A stretch of 64,000 nt of DNA, taken from contig CP060757.1 of assembly GCA_023205875.1 (NCBI GenBank), positions 1,178,001 through 1,242,000 of the forward strand, in the 5' to 3' direction. Source of the DNA: Chloropicon primus. Lineage: Eukaryota. Below, piece after piece: positions 52,852 to 62,698 of the stretch. The translations under genes and the position numbers were made by a program. The notes below the pieces were generated by a model, which saw nothing but the letters and a program-made list of their open reading frames with translations, ran no database searches and was not told the DNA's origin. Numbering within the stretch: position 1 is the stretch's first letter; the number at the start of each line of letters is the position of its first letter.

Positions 52852-55800
52852 TTACGATGATGCTGGCGATTTTGTGTCGTTCTGTGAAGTAGAAAGCAGT
52901 GCTTTGGCCCTCTCCACTCTTTGCCTCAGCTCTTCGATGGAGTAGGAACTTCTCCTTGGCTGCTCAGATTTGGAGCTGACCTCCTCGCTGCTTCTGTTCT
53001 CTTTGTCGTTTTCTGACTGCCTGGCGCACGCCTCGAGGCCATCTCTGATGTATTTCTGGAAGCTCTCGGACGTCTTACTCAGGTGTCCATCGATTGGGAT
53101 GTGGGGGCACTCTTGGGTGAACTTGTAAAGGTCTTGCAGGCCCACTCCTTCACCTTCGCCAATCTTTTGGAAGATCCCAGCAAGCTCTTCTCGCCTGGCC
53201 TGCAACGGTCTCGTGTCGACATTCGCATTATTCTGGCTCGCAGTTCTGACCGTAGAAGTCATGCTGGTGTACAGGTCAACATAAGTGTAAATCAGCTGCT
53301 TCTTGTCTTGGCTTCGTGGTATTTGCAGCATGGAACCGTATATGTCCTTTCCTACGCACTTGCAGAGTTCGTGCAGAATCGTCTTCACCATTCTCAGGGG
53401 CTTATCGTCTTGAGCGAGTCGCTCCCTCATGGCCGGTTTCTCAAGGCTGCCCAAAAATTCGTTGACGGCGTTCATGATGGCCTCCAGGTTCAGGCCCTCC
53501 TCAATGGAAGCACTCAGATTCTTCACCATCTTTATTGTGCACTTGATCGACAGATCAGAGAACTTGGTGCGCAAGCTCTTGTCTCCGTCGCCCCCCCCTT
53601 CTCCCAGCAACCAGAGCAAGGACAAGAAGGTGCTTGTGCGATTTGCATTCTCGAGGATCTTGAGCATGAGCACGTTCAGAGCCTTGAGCAGCTGACCACC
53701 CTCCTCCAACGAAGGAACGGCCTGGTTCAAGAGAAGCAGCAGTAAACTCTTCATGATCTTCCTCAAAGTTGGTTCAGACACTGCGGCTGCCATGGGGCTC
53801 AGCTGAAAGCTATGCATCAGAGTGTTGAGGACGTACTTGCAGCCTCTGCTGCTTCCAGGTTCCGCAGTCCTTGTGCTTGAGCTCTCCATGTCTTGAATGG
53901 CCTTGTCAAAGATGAATGCGACCTTCTCCGACAATTTGAAAATCAACTTGTCCGCACTGTTCACCAGCGTCGTCACATCGAGGTCTGACGTCTTCTTGGC
54001 GAAATCCAGGAGAACATGACAGAGCTGTTTCATGCCTTCAATGGATTCAGGAAGGTCCTCTGAGGATGCCCTTTTCATGCTTTTGCTCCACAGCATTGCA
54101 GCTTCATCCACGGGCTTGGGCGCGGGAGAAGCTTTGAATTTGAGACCAGGAGGAGCAGAAGGGTTTCTGACAGGCGTATGTGTCCTCGAAGCGCTTCCAG
54201 GCCTCCTCACGGAACCCGGAGTTCGCGACGAGGGGGTGTAATCCACATCAATTGATGTTGGTTCAAGCGACTTGAATTTGGTTTCCAACATATTTCTCAC
54301 ACTGTCCGGAACAGAGGACAGATACTTCCACAAATTGCTGCCGACGTTTTTGTACATGTTCATCACCAAGGCCAGAGCCTTGTTCTTCAAAGCAATGTCC
54401 CTCTCTGAGAGCAAGACTGCGATCTCCTTGATAATTTTCGTGGAATAAAATTCCGTCTCGTTGCTCTCATACAAGTTCTCCAAAACTTCCAAGGACACGA
54501 CCTTGGTGCGATAATTCTTCGAAGTCGTTCCTGGAAGAAGCATGAGAATCGTAGCTTTGGTGCTGCATATATCGCCAAGCTTCATAAGGAGATCCTTGAA
54601 GGATTGGCGAACCCGATCGATGTTGTGGCCACACTTCTCCACCAGGCATGGGACGATGAGACTTGCTTCGTAGTCTGTAAGCTGGTACCCTTTGCTTCTC
54701 AGCGTCGTGCTGAGACCATCCATCAAATCAAGAATTTTCACGAGAACCTGCATGTTTCCCTCGCAGATTCTGTACGAGGACCACTGCAGAATCAAGTCAA
54801 GATTGTCCCACACACCCTTGAAAGTTTCCTCGTCCTGGATCAAGGAAGAGACGATTTCAACTGCCGTGCAATGCTTCTTGAAATTGGCGTGGAAGAGGTG
54901 GTCGCAAAGGTTCTGTGTGCAGTACTGAGACAAGGCCGCCTGAAGCGTTCTGAGATGTTCGGGCCTCTGCAATTCCTCAATCAATGGCTTGTTGACAGCA
55001 GTTCGCTTGCGGCACTTGCGGGCTCTATCAGCCTTGTCGTCATTGGGCATGAAGGAGTCTGCTTCTGGCTCGGGCGCCGTCTTCACCGCCGAGCTAGGCG
55101 TCATCCTTGCCCCCGCAGTTGCAGGTCTAGCAGTTCTGCTCTGCGATGATCTTTTGGACAAGCTCGTCCTTGGCCTCCTCTCAGTTGTCCTGGATCCGGT
55201 TGAAATGTACCCGAGCTTGGTCAAAGAAGTAGTGATACAGTCAGACTGACTCTTGCTCATGCCCTTCATGGATTCCTTCACCTTCTCCACTTGAAAGACT
55301 TCCGTGAGCGCCTTGAGCAACAGGGACGAGCTTTCCCGCAAATTCAGCGCCTTTCCCAGAAGGCAATCTGCAATGATGGTCAAAATGTCGTGAAGACAAT
55401 CTTCCAACTGCAGGGCAGACCCATCCGCGACCTCGCTCAAAAACGTGAGAACAGAGACCTTCCCGTCGACGTTGGTTTTGGCATCCGACACAAAGATGAG
55501 GAAGTGTGGCTGCATACTCTTCACGTTGAATCTGTCTGTCCATGAATGCAGAGTGAGCATGCCAGCTTCTCTGACTGCCTTTTTGTTGTCGCACAGGATT
55601 TTCAGAACCTCCATGATGATGAGCTTGGCATATCTCTCCCATTGCTTCTCAAAGCTCCTTGGAAGGTGTTGCAGAATCTCCAGGGTCAGTATGATGAGGT
55701 TCTTGTTCGCGTCATGCAACCTCAATCGAAGCGAAGCCATGAGGCCATTGATGTTTGCCTTCACAGCATCCTTTCGAGTTTTAGCAATTTGCTTCAGCTC

Positions 55801-58335
55801 TTCAAGGGCTCCGCGCCTCACTTTCCAATTGGTGTCGCTCAACTTGTCCAGAATTCCACCAGGAAGCTGAGTGTCCGCATTCTCTTCTGGGGACTCCTCC
55901 ACCTCTACTGTCATTTCCTTGGCCTGCACGAATTTCTTTGGAGACTTCTTCCTCGGGGAGACAGGGACGATGCCCTTGTCGCGGAGATTTGTTATCGTGC
56001 TGTCAATGTTCGCCATGACAGTGGGCTTGACCTCGCCCAGGTACGATTTATTCTCCAGTCCCCTGTAAGCAATGATCGTGCCCAAAACATTTGTAGTGGC
56101 AAGCCTAATGTTCGGGTTGTTGTGACCGAGATGAACTTTGATGGCTTCAATGAGCCCCTGGGGACTCACTTGCCTTCCTGAGGTCCTTGTCAATGTGTTC
56201 AGAATCCATTCCATGGATTCCAAGAGCACCTTTGGATTCTTGTGATTCTTGGACTTGCTCACGACCTTCATCACCAGGAACTCCGTGTCGATGGCGTGGG
56301 TGCACTTGTCCATCACGTCGCAGATCTTGGCATTCAGCTTGACGTCAGCAATCTTCTCCACGCAACCGGTAACCATGAACTCGACGTTCTCTTTGCTGAT
56401 CTTCAGGTCGCATTGAAGGATTTCGATGAAAGTTTCAAAGACGTTCAAGAGCACCTGAAAGTTGGAGTCACCCCAACCCGGGACTTGGCAGAGCCCCGCG
56501 ATCAAAACATCAAGTTTGCTTTCGGACTCCGCACAGATGTCCTTTGCCTTCTCCTTGATGTCTTTGACAGCTTGCAGCCTCTCCTTCCAGAGAGTACTCT
56601 TCAAGCCCTTGAATGTTTCTTCGCCAACGATGCCAGTGAAGTCATCGATCAACCCCTCCAACTTTAGGGTCCTGCTCTCGAACGATTTGCTCTTTGTGTA
56701 CTTGCTTGGTTCACTGCTTTCTCTCTCCTTTGCTTGTGGCGTCGCCTTGGGCACGCTCTTTGGGACCGCCTTTTCTTTCTTGGCGACACCAGGAGGCTTG
56801 GCCTCGGCTTTTTCTTCCTTTGTGTTTCCACTCAGGGCCTGCACAATTTTCGACATCCTCGCGTTGTCGATGGAGCCCAGGAAGGACTCGATTGCGTGGA
56901 CACCCCCCGCAACCTTTGCAAACTGGATGACCAACTGCAGGGCAGAGTCCCTGACCCCAGGAGAAGAATCCTGAGTCGCTTTGACAGCCTCCTTCAAGAC
57001 AGTGTCGTGGACCTTGGTCGCTATTGAGGCCTCCTGCGGGAATTCGAGCACCTTTGCGCACAGCTTGAGCGTCTCCACCTTGTTCTTTGGATTCTTGTGC
57101 TTGATGTACTTGACGATGTCGTCCTGAACGTCGTTCAAAGTCACGCACATTTCAAGGCACATTCCGAGAGACTTGTGGATGGACCTCGTGACCGCGGTGC
57201 TCTTCTCCTTGAACTTGTCCAGCAAGCACGGGCAGAGCAACTTGGATGCGGACTTGAAGCCCTTCCTCAGTCCCTTGGCCAGCACCTCGACGCAGTCGAT
57301 GGCCGCGTTCACGCAGCTCACGTTGGAGTCCGAGGTGATGACCCTCTTCAGCTCCTTTGCGATGGGCATGAAGTCGCCTTGCTCGATTTTCGGCACAGAC
57401 GCCTTCGACTTGAGCGACAGGAGCGCGTCTCGCCTCACCGACCACTTCTGAACCTTCAGCCCCCCCCAGAACTCGCCCAGGTCCGACAAGATGGAAACGG
57501 GCTGCGAGAGGTCGAACGCGTCCACGGCCATCTTCTCCTGCTCTTCCTCAACCTGAGCTCCTCCCTTGTCCGCTGCTTCCCCGGCGATCTCCTCTTCACC
57601 CCTCACCGCCTTGGTCGGTGCCGCCGCCTTGTCCTCGTTCTGGGAGATAAGGGCCTCGATGTCTTTCTTCATCGCCTCTCTGACGTCGGAGAGCAGGACC
57701 TCCCGGATGACGCTGGGCTGGATCCACCTGCAGAACTCCGCGGTCAGCTCCTTGGCGGCCGTGCGAACTTTGACGTCCTTTGCGTCGAAGAGCTTGGGCA
57801 TCTCCTTGAGAAGGGGCTTTGGGTCCAGCGCCTTGGCGCCGTAGGTTCGGAGAGCCTCCGTGAGAACCTCCACCGCGTTCAGGGCGACTTTCGAGACCTT
57901 GTGGCCCAGCGCGAAGGCGACAAGCGACTCTGTGATCAGGTCGCCGCAGCCGACCTCCGCAAAGAGCAGCAGGATCTCCTTGGCGCGCTTGACGGTCGCG
58001 GGGCGGCCGCTCAGGCACTTGCAGCACAGCCCTTTGCAGATGGCATGGCCTTGGGCGCTCGCGATCGCGGCGTCCTTCGACTTGACCTTCGTGAGCACGG
58101 CCGCGAGGGCCTCGAGCGCGCTCGCTTGAGCGGCCGAGTTCGTGTCGTTCACCCCCCTGATGAAGAGCTCCGCGTTCCCCCCCGCGCACCACTCCTCCAT
58201 GTCCTGCCCCTCCTCCTTGCTCGTGGACGTCACCTCCTCCCAGGCCTCGTTCCTGACCTTCCACTTGGCGTGAATCACCCTCTCATTGAAGGGAAGCTCC
58301 TTCGCCTTGCTCAGCACCTCCGCCTCGTCCGACAT
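52852..58335 (-). CDS. MOR1: XMAP215/MOR1/CKAP5 TOG-domain microtubule polymerase
   Basis: TOG repeats (HAKWKVRNEA, KWSVRRDAL, LWKERLQA, TNWKVRRGAL) and C-terminal CKYVLNTLMHSF and LLKALNVLMLKILEN. Confidence 0.93.
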   Translation of the reverse strand: MSDEAEVLSKAKELPFNERVIHAKWKVRNEAWEEVTSTSKEEGQDMEEWCAGGNAELFIRGVNDTNSAAQASALEALAAVLTKVKSKDAAIASAQGHAICKGLCCKCLSGRPATVKRAKEILLLFAEVGCGDLITESLVAFALGHKVSKVALNAVEVLTEALRTYGAKALDPKPLLKEMPKLFDAKDVKVRTAAKELTAEFCRWIQPSVIREVLLSDVREAMKKDIEALISQNEDKAAAPTKAVRGEEEIAGEAADKGGAQVEEEQEKMAVDAFDLSQPVSILSDLGEFWGGLKVQKWSVRRDALLSLKSKASVPKIEQGDFMPIAKELKRVITSDSNVSCVNAAIDCVEVLAKGLRKGFKSASKLLCPCLLDKFKEKSTAVTRSIHKSLGMCLEMCVTLNDVQDDIVKYIKHKNPKNKVETLKLCAKVLEFPQEASIATKVHDTVLKEAVKATQDSSPGVRDSALQLVIQFAKVAGGVHAIESFLGSIDNARMSKIVQALSGNTKEEKAEAKPPGVAKKEKAVPKSVPKATPQAKERESSEPSKYTKSKSFESRTLKLEGLIDDFTGIVGEETFKGLKSTLWKERLQAVKDIKEKAKDICAESESKLDVLIAGLCQVPGWGDSNFQVLLNVFETFIEILQCDLKISKENVEFMVTGCVEKIADVKLNAKICDVMDKCTHAIDTEFLVMKVVSKSKNHKNPKVLLESMEWILNTLTRTSGRQVSPQGLIEAIKVHLGHNNPNIRLATTNVLGTIIAYRGLENKSYLGEVKPTVMANIDSTITNLRDKGIVPVSPRKKSPKKFVQAKEMTVEVEESPEENADTQLPGGILDKLSDTNWKVRRGALEELKQIAKTRKDAVKANINGLMASLRLRLHDANKNLIILTLEILQHLPRSFEKQWERYAKLIIMEVLKILCDNKKAVREAGMLTLHSWTDRFNVKSMQPHFLIFVSDAKTNVDGKVSVLTFLSEVADGSALQLEDCLHDILTIIADCLLGKALNLRESSSLLLKALTEVFQVEKVKESMKGMSKSQSDCITTSLTKLGYISTGSRTTERRPRTSLSKRSSQSRTARPATAGARMTPSSAVKTAPEPEADSFMPNDDKADRARKCRKRTAVNKPLIEELQRPEHLRTLQAALSQYCTQNLCDHLFHANFKKHCTAVEIVSSLIQDEETFKGVWDNLDLILQWSSYRICEGNMQVLVKILDLMDGLSTTLRSKGYQLTDYEASLIVPCLVEKCGHNIDRVRQSFKDLLMKLGDICSTKATILMLLPGTTSKNYRTKVVSLEVLENLYESNETEFYSTKIIKEIAVLLSERDIALKNKALALVMNMYKNVGSNLWKYLSSVPDSVRNMLETKFKSLEPTSIDVDYTPSSRTPGSVRRPGSASRTHTPVRNPSAPPGLKFKASPAPKPVDEAAMLWSKSMKRASSEDLPESIEGMKQLCHVLLDFAKKTSDLDVTTLVNSADKLIFKLSEKVAFIFDKAIQDMESSSTRTAEPGSSRGCKYVLNTLMHSFQLSPMAAAVSEPTLRKIMKSLLLLLLNQAVPSLEEGGQLLKALNVLMLKILENANRTSTFLSLLWLLGEGGGDGDKSLRTKFSDLSIKCTIKMVKNLSASIEEGLNLEAIMNAVNEFLGSLEKPAMRERLAQDDKPLRMVKTILHELCKCVGKDIYGSMLQIPRSQDKKQLIYTYVDLYTSMTSTVRTASQNNANVDTRPLQARREELAGIFQKIGEGEGVGLQDLYKFTQECPHIPIDGHLSKTSESFQKYIRDGLEACARQSENDKENRSSEEVSSKSEQPRRSSYSIEELRQRVERAKALLSTSQNDTKSPASS

Positions 58336-58711
58336 GATTGATGGACCGGGACCGCGGCAAGTCGTCACACTCTCTCTGCTCTCTCTGCTCTGCGCGATCG
58401 ATCGCTGCGCTGCGCCCTCTCTCGTTCTCTCTCTCTCTCAGCATCAAAATTCAAAAAATTGCGCGACAGCTTGGGCTTGGGGTGCGGACAACGTCGCGAG
58501 GAGGGACCCGTGAACAAGGAAGAGGATGGTGGCATGTGCTGGGTGGCAGTGGATCGATCGTGGGGAGAATCTCCAGGAAAGTCTCCGGGAAGCGGTTGGA
58601 TGTTGTTGCTTTGTAGGAAAAGAAACATGTATTAGTAGTACAAGGTACAAGGAGGTTGTCTTGTTGCTCGAGGAGAAGATGAAGAAGACGAGAAAAAAAG
58701 CATGATGAAAG

Positions 58712-59854
58712 CTAAGCTGCGGAATGGAAGTACTTGTGGGTCCACGTGTCTGCCTTGTTACGCGCGTGCGGGTTCGGCTGCACGCCAATCTGCGACGCGT
58801 GCAGGTGCAGGCACGTCTTCCCAGGCTGCGACTCCGATCGCAGGTACCCTTTCGCCTCCAGCTCTGCCGCGGGGATGATCCAAAAGTATGCTTTGCCTTC
58901 CACCCACGCCACCGCCACTAGCTCGTCGAACGCCCCTGCCGGGTAAGGATCTTTCAGCTGCTTGCCCGCCTCGTCACGCCCGGCGTAGGTGTGCAGGTCG
59001 CACAGAAACCCGGCGACGCCGTTAGACGCCGCGCGCGCCGTCTTGAACTGCTGGCGCGTCGTCGCATCCTTCAGCAGGTCGACTTGGGTGTTCTGTCCCT
59101 CGGGGAAGGCGTAGCGGTGCTTTGGGAAGCTCGCCTTGAACGCGTCGATGCCGCGCATCTCGAGCGCTTGGGCCGCGGACGCGAAGTCGTGCCGCGCGGC
59201 GTGCTCGGTGACGGTCGTCCACCGACACAGATGGGCCTGGGCCTGCTCGCTCAGCCATTGCACGAGCGCGTCGAGGTTGAGGTCACGCGCGAGCGCGAGC
59301 TCACAGTTCTTACAGTTCTTGCGGCGGGGGGTGACGCTCAGGTCCAGCTTTCCGCGCTTGTTCAGCGCGTCGCCGTTGTACACCCACGCATCGCCGACGT
59401 CGCACCGCCAGCACACCACACACATCCCCGAGTAGCCGGTGACGTTGTGGAAGTTCCACGTATTCGGGCTACCCTTCTTGGCGCCCCCCGTCGTCTTGAG
59501 CTGCACCGGCAGCCACGCGTCCTCCTCGCTCAGGCGGAGGAGCACGTCGGCTTTCGTGCCGTCGTTTAGCACGAGCGCCGCGCTCCCGGGGATGGTCGCC
59601 TCCCATCTGGCGACGAGGGCGAGCGCCACTTCGCGCTCCGTGGCGGAGTTCCGGCCGTAGATCGCCAGGTTGCGGGCGCGCTTCCCCGCGAGCGCGGCTC
59701 GGTCGGTCTTCCTCTTCTTGAGTTTGCCCGCGCGGTACGCCTCGAGGGCGGCGACGGCCTCCGCCACGGTGGCGTAGTATGGCGAGCTGCGACCGATACG
59801 CACTCCGTACTTCCTCTTCTTGAGGCGCTTGTTAATGAACACCCCCTTGGGCAT
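58712..59854 (-). CDS. AP2-like DNA-binding domain plus two tandem PD-(D/E)XK nuclease-like domains (homing-endonuclease-like), 380 aa
   Basis: N-terminus PKGVFINK...KYGVRI...YYATVAEAVAA; repeat 1 E...ADVLL...PVQLKT; repeat 2 E...VDLL...RQQFKT. Intronless. Confidence 0.6.
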   Translation of the reverse strand: MPKGVFINKRLKKRKYGVRIGRSSPYYATVAEAVAALEAYRAGKLKKRKTDRAALAGKRARNLAIYGRNSATEREVALALVARWEATIPGSAALVLNDGTKADVLLRLSEEDAWLPVQLKTTGGAKKGSPNTWNFHNVTGYSGMCVVCWRCDVGDAWVYNGDALNKRGKLDLSVTPRRKNCKNCELALARDLNLDALVQWLSEQAQAHLCRWTTVTEHAARHDFASAAQALEMRGIDAFKASFPKHRYAFPEGQNTQVDLLKDATTRQQFKTARAASNGVAGFLCDLHTYAGRDEAGKQLKDPYPAGAFDELVAVAWVEGKAYFWIIPAAELEAKGYLRSESQPGKTCLHLHASQIGVQPNPHARNKADTWTHKYFHSAA

Positions 59855-59967
59855 GGTCTCGCTCCGTCTTCTGTCCCTCGGCCTCGACGCCCGTCCGTTA
59901 CTTCTCTCTGTCCTCTGTCTCTCTTTCGTTCTTCGCTTCCTCGCCACACCGCCGTTCCTTCCGAGCG

Positions 59968-61628
59968 ATGACACTTTCGAGCGATGAAGAGATCCCGCTT
60001 CCGCCTCCCTCTCTCCCGTCCCACTGCGCCCCCACCTCGTCGTCAGCCTCCCTCCTCTTGCGCGGCGATCGATCGGCGCTGCGATCGGCGCTCGCTGATG
60101 TCCAAGCGTTGCGATCGGTCGCGATCGGCGTGGACACAGAGAGAGAAGCAAGGATGACACAGGGCGGGGAGAAGACCATCGTGGTGTGGGCCAAGTTCAG
60201 ACCAGCGGCCGAGGACGGGGGGAATCCTTCGTGCGTCAGTCATGTCTCGCCCACGAGTGTGCAGGTTGCGCCTCAAGCGAGCGCACTGAAGACGGAAAGG
60301 AGGAAAGCCTTCGTGTTCAACTTCGATCGGACTTTAGGTAAGGTGCCCTGCGTTCTCGTCACCGCCGCACTCGATTGATTCCAGAGCGAACGGGGAGATC
60401 TGACCCGGAACCGTTGTCACTCGCGTGCGTCGCAGACCAGAGCGTTACGCAGGAAGATGTCTTCGAGCACGGATTGCCGGCGGTCATCGATCAAGCCTTC
60501 TTGGGCAGGAGCGTTCTCGTATCAAGTAAGTCTTAGTCCTTCACCTCGCCCTCGAAGCCGTCGCAGCTTGCTCACAGACCCGCGGAACTCCCCTCTGCCC
60601 CCAGCCTACGGCCAAACCGGCTCTGGAAAGACGTACACCATGTGCGGCGATCTGGAGCCCGGGGGGCGCGACGCTGGCATCTTGCCCCGCGCCGTGCAGT
60701 ACTGCTTCGATCGATCGCGGGAGGTTTCCATCCAAGTGCAGATGCTGGAGATTTACAACGAGGAGCTTCGGGACCTGCTTTGCAGCGACAATCCATCCCC
60801 GAAGAGGCTTCAGATCTGCAATGATCGAAAGTTTGGCACGACCGTACCGGGATTGCATCTCGCCCCAGCTTCGGAGGCCTCCGAAGCACTGGCTTGCATC
60901 AGACAAGGAATAGAGAGGCGCCGGACCTCGGAGACGAAGGTGAACAAAGCGTCGAGCCGATCGCACGTCTTGTGTTTTCTCGTTCTCAGCGACGCGGTTT
61001 CCGGGGAAGGTGAGTTGGCTATCAATCACGAACGGAGGGACGAAGAATCTGACGGCAGGACAACCCTCCAGTCATCAGCAGGATCGGCATGTGCGATCTC
61101 GCAGGGAGCGAGAGGCAGAACAAGACCGGAACGAGTGGCCACAAGCTCAAGGAGGGCGGTTCCATCAACAGGAGCCTGTCGGCACTGGAGAGAGTCGTCA
61201 GCGGGATACACGATTACCAAAAGCAGAAGCAGAAGGGCTCCATGTCACACGTAAACTTTAGGGACTCAAAGCTCACGCGAATCCTTCAGCCATTCCTGAG
61301 CGGGAGAGGCAGCTCCGTCTTCATCCTCTGTGTCTCCGCTTTACCTGGCAACGCGCACGAGACCCTGAACACGATGAAGTTCGGCCAGAGACTCCAGGGC
61401 ATCAGCCAGCAGCCCTTCGTCCTTCAAGTGGCGCCAGCCTCCCCGATGAGTGGCACGCACAGGAGAAACCTTGAGGCCGAGTTTGCTGCGGCTGGTGCCG
61501 GCGATCGCCAAAAGCAGGAAAGGGACCAGGCTTTTGCTCGGCTCCTGGCGAGGGAGTGCGCTTGGTCCCTCCTCAGCTTCGTCCTGTACTCCTCCCTGTC
61601 CGGTGCCTTCCGAGCACTCTGGTCCTAG
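59968..61628 (+). CDS. Short kinesin motor protein; exons 59968-60337, 60436-60525, 60605-61009 and 61072-61628
   Basis: FNFDR, YGQTGSGKT, LEIYNE, NKASSRSH, DLAGSE, INRSLSAL, FRDSKLTRIL. Three GT-AG introns keep the frame. Confidence 0.85.
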
Positions 61629-61787
61629 ACCCTCTGTGCATCGAGCGAGTCTTCCTGGCCCGCTCTTTCTTGGCGTCTGTCATCGCCGTGGGTACCTAGT
61701 AAGGAATTGGTTCCCGAAAACAACAATGAAATAGAGCAGTCGCTTAGTTCCAACCTCCTCGACCAATTCTTTCTATCTAACCAAAAC

Positions 61788-62623
61788 TTACCAGAACATC
61801 GCCCTGATCCCCTGCGGATCTTGCCTGAACCCGATCTTCCGGTAAAACTGCAGGACGTCCGGCTCTGCAAACAGGCTTATGGTCCGGATGTCAAGCCGGC
61901 ACAGCTTCCTGATCGTCATCTCCATCAGCGTCTTTCCCAAGCCCTCCCCCTGGTACTCTGGATCCACCGTCACGTCCCAGAGGGTGGCGTTGAAGACCGT
62001 GTCCGAGGTCACGCGAATGCACCCGATCAGCTTCTCGCTCTCCACGTCGCCGCCGTCCTCGCCCAGAGCCTGCTTGTAGAGCGCCGTGACCATGAAGCTG
62101 TTCTCCAGCGCCAGCTTCACCTTGTGGGGGTTCCTCTTGGGCCAACCCACCTGTGCGAGGGACGAGGGGGAGGAGAGGGGCCAATGCGATGGTCAGGAGA
62201 GAGGAGAGGTGGTCGTCGCAGGAACCTTGGCGTTACCTTTTCTGTCAGAGCTTCCACCTCGTGCACGTTAATGAAACCGCCGATTCTGAACACTATGCGG
62301 GAGTCTTCTGCCTCCACGATGACGGACTCCTCCACCTCGCTCAGCTGCGGAGCCACGAGGTCCTCCTCGGCGCCCGCCCCGACCGCCCCGAGCCTCTCTC
62401 CCCTCCCTCCTCTACCTCTGCCGGTGCCAGTCGCGGCGACGACGAGTGGCGAGAGACTCCTGCTGTGACGCCTTGAGTTCGTGGCGCCCCTGCGCACCCG
62501 CTCCGCGTCCCGCGCCAGGGGGCAGGGCGTGTGCAGGTGAGGACTGTGCCTCGGTGCCGCGCACACGCTCCCCGACCTCTTGCTCGTCGCCCCCGGCCTC
62601 TTGCTCGTCGCCCCCGGTCTCAT
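61788..62623 (-). CDS. GNAT acetyltransferase, NSI/SNAT-like; exons 62623-62237 and 62150-61788
   Basis: Splicing gives EALTEKVGWPKR. Also SDTVFNATLWDVTVDPEYQGEGLGK and FYRKIGFRQDPQGIRAMFW. Confidence 0.85.
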
Positions 62624-62698
62624 CCTCTCTGTATTTCTAATATATGAGATAACGTTTAATAATGTATCCTTTATGATAATATGAACGAGTAGTCTTGA

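Noticed and set aside
62576..62617. 21-bp tandem duplication at the GNAT gene start
   Set aside because: In-frame duplication (RPGATSK x2) in a transit-peptide-like region. Ordinary slippage.
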